From the NCBI GenBank assembly GCA_973895155.1, contig OZ316893.1, positions 15,530,645 through 15,594,644 on the forward strand: a stretch of DNA of 64,000 nucleotides. The letters are read 5' to 3'. Positions within the stretch are counted from its first letter, which is position 1; each line of letters starts with the position of its first letter. This DNA comes from Marsupella aquatica. Taxonomy: Eukaryota > Plantae > Marchantiophyta. The notes beneath the pieces are model-generated. The model searched no databases. It was given only the letters and a program-made list of their open reading frames with translations, and had not been told where the DNA came from. Below are positions 61,791 through 64,000 of this stretch, in pieces. A program made the position numbers and the translations under genes.

Positions 61791-64000
61791 GTTGCGGTGG
61801 TGTTTAATAACCTATGCGTTGCACATAGATATTGGAGACGTAAGATAACAACCACCGCATCTATTCAACCCATATTTATTCTTTTACCCAATTTTTTCTG
61901 GCCACCTCCCCCCCCCCGATCTCACCCCACCCCACCCCACCCTCTCCCATCCTCTCCCTTTCTTTCCTTGTGTTCCACTCTAACTTGCACTCCTAGTGCC
62001 TTGTCCTTCCTCCTCCCCCTCTTTCTTCCCTTGAACCCCGCCTTGAACAACATTAAAAATATTTTTAAATAAGTTTAAAAGTGGGAAGAAAAGACAATTA
62101 ACCTCAAAAAAATTAAACATTCTTTGTAAGAGTTAAATCCAAAATAATCTCCTTAGTGCTCGTTCCTTGCCAAAAATCATTATCTCAAGTCAATCTATTT
62201 TCACTTTAATGCTCCATGCCAAAATGTACTCTAAATAATACTCTACTTTCATTTTAATGTTTAGTCCAAGAACCTTAAATAATTCTAGAAAACATGTGAC
62301 GGTTGAACATTGTTCCCCCCTATTTCACTTTGTAACCGGATGATGGACCAAAAGTGGCAGGATTCATTATTATAGTAGTAGATAGATAGATATATGATCA
62401 ATTATTGCATGGTGTATATGAGGCTGGGTTGCATATGGACGAATAGGGTACATTTCGAGGCTGCTATATGGTGAATCCACCTTTCAGATTTTGTCTCATT
62501 CATATTTTGTGTCAAGTATTTTGATTATAATGTGCCTTAACAAGGTAAATCATTTGTATTAATTTGATTTTTGAATTAACTTTAGGACCCCTCTTAATTT
62601 TATTGAACTTAGAGTATTTTGAATGTATTTGGCTCCCCTCATCAAGGTTTAATCTTTTCTTTTCAATCACTCCTTAGTGAATTCTCTTTTTTCTCATGAG
62701 AGTGTAAGAAATGAATTTGATCAATCTGAACATCTGGTGTATTAAGTTCCCCTCATGGTTTACTTTGCAAAAGTTATGGTTTTAATTGAGTTGAATGTCA
62801 TTACCCAGAAGCAAGTGAAAATCTCTACTGTATGTACACAACTCAACTCTTTAGTACCTTTGTACTTTCTGGGTCATAATATAATTTGATGTGCATATAT
62901 TTACGTGTCCCTACTTAAATGAATTACATATCACTAGAAGACAAAAAAAGAGACATGTTCCAGGATGAACATGCTATATGGACGACATGGGTTGGCATGG
63001 GTGCGTGGGTGAGATGATTGAAGGGTGTTGAGTGGGCAGCAGTGGGGGGCAGATCTCCCTGTCTTACACAGGGCTTGAGGCACAATTCAGCAAACAAAGT
63101 GGGGAGGGAGAAGGACGAGGAAGAGAGAGGGGACAAAAACAAGGAAGAAAATAATGAAAGAAGTGGGAGGAAAGAGATCAAAGGGAGAAACAAGTGGACT
63201 TCACAGGAAAAGAAAGGGGAATGTGTGGTGGGAGAGGGGGACGCTGGGTTTCGAGGCCAAGTAGATTGAAGGGAGGCTAGGGTGAAAACAAGTTGTGTTT
63301 GGGTGGGGGGGGGGGAGCGGAACAACTTTTGCGTAGGCAACACTTCCACTAACAAGCTTCTCAACATTTATATCAAAACTGCGAAAGAACAAAAAACTAA
63401 GTCAAACCTGAAGACAAGATGCCAAAGGTGGAAACCCGATAAAGAGGGGAAAGGAAAAAAGAGAGAGACCCAAGAAAACCCAAGAGGCCTCACTAGCCCC
63501 AGAGCACTACCAACCCCAAAAGAAGACAAAAACAACAATTATGGTCGATAACACTTTCCTTTGACAGCAACTATGCTGAACATAGGTTTGTTTTGCCATT
63601 TTTTTGTTCAACAATTTTTATCGTCGACATCTTTTCAGCTCAATATATTTTTGTTCAGTTTTATGCTCAACATTATTTTCACTTTATATTTTGTCTGCTC
63701 GAAAATACTGGGCTAGGCAGGGACAGGCTAGTCAAGATGAATTGAGATTGAAGACCAGGTTTTCTTAGCAACGTAAATAGCATTGATTTTAAAACTGGAA
63801 GAAGAGGTCTGGAGGGGAAATTCATTTTGGAAGACAGGAATGAGCTCGGAAATATATTCAAAACCATCTCAACCAAATTGGAGGGACTCACATTCGATTC
63901 GAATGGTACCCGCTCCTGTCACGAACGAATTGAATGAAGATGTCCGCAGTAATCGGTCCTTTTCTATTAGCGCAGATAGCACAAATTCATAAGAAATTGG

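Noticed and set aside
61074-64000. Host gene or MULE-like element at the right end
   Set aside because: Only low-complexity ORFs and G-rich motifs. No paired TIRs, TSD or protein motif could be supported.

Overview
This is eukaryotic, plant-like DNA. A non-seed land plant such as a bryophyte is likely, but that is inference. Almost the whole window is nested transposable elements, and no convincing host gene is visible. From left to right: (1) the right end of a CACTA element (to 5166), with a 1.56-kb non-autonomous TIR element inserted near its tip; (2) a complete 17.7-kb CACTA element (5248-22947, GAA TSD) with TnpD, TnpA and a captured EDM2-type PHD-finger cassette; (3) a very young gag-only Gypsy-type LTR element (23773-30849, AGATG TSD); (4) a decayed Sola2-type transposase; (5) a large decayed Sola-like element ending at 58377, carrying a ParB-like/DNA amino-methyltransferase gene and F-box-like cargo; (6) nested inside it, an intact 13.1-kb Sola-like element (42811-55897, CATT TSD) with a DDD transposase, a second homologous ParB-like/methyltransferase gene and an FCP1-like HAD phosphatase; (7) the 5' half of a Copia element. 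The best candidate for an undescribed system is the pair of DNA transposons that each encode a spliced ParB-like + beta-class N6A/N4C methyltransferase fusion and each carry their own palindromic repeat motif. All family assignments come from motif recognition by eye, not from database searches.
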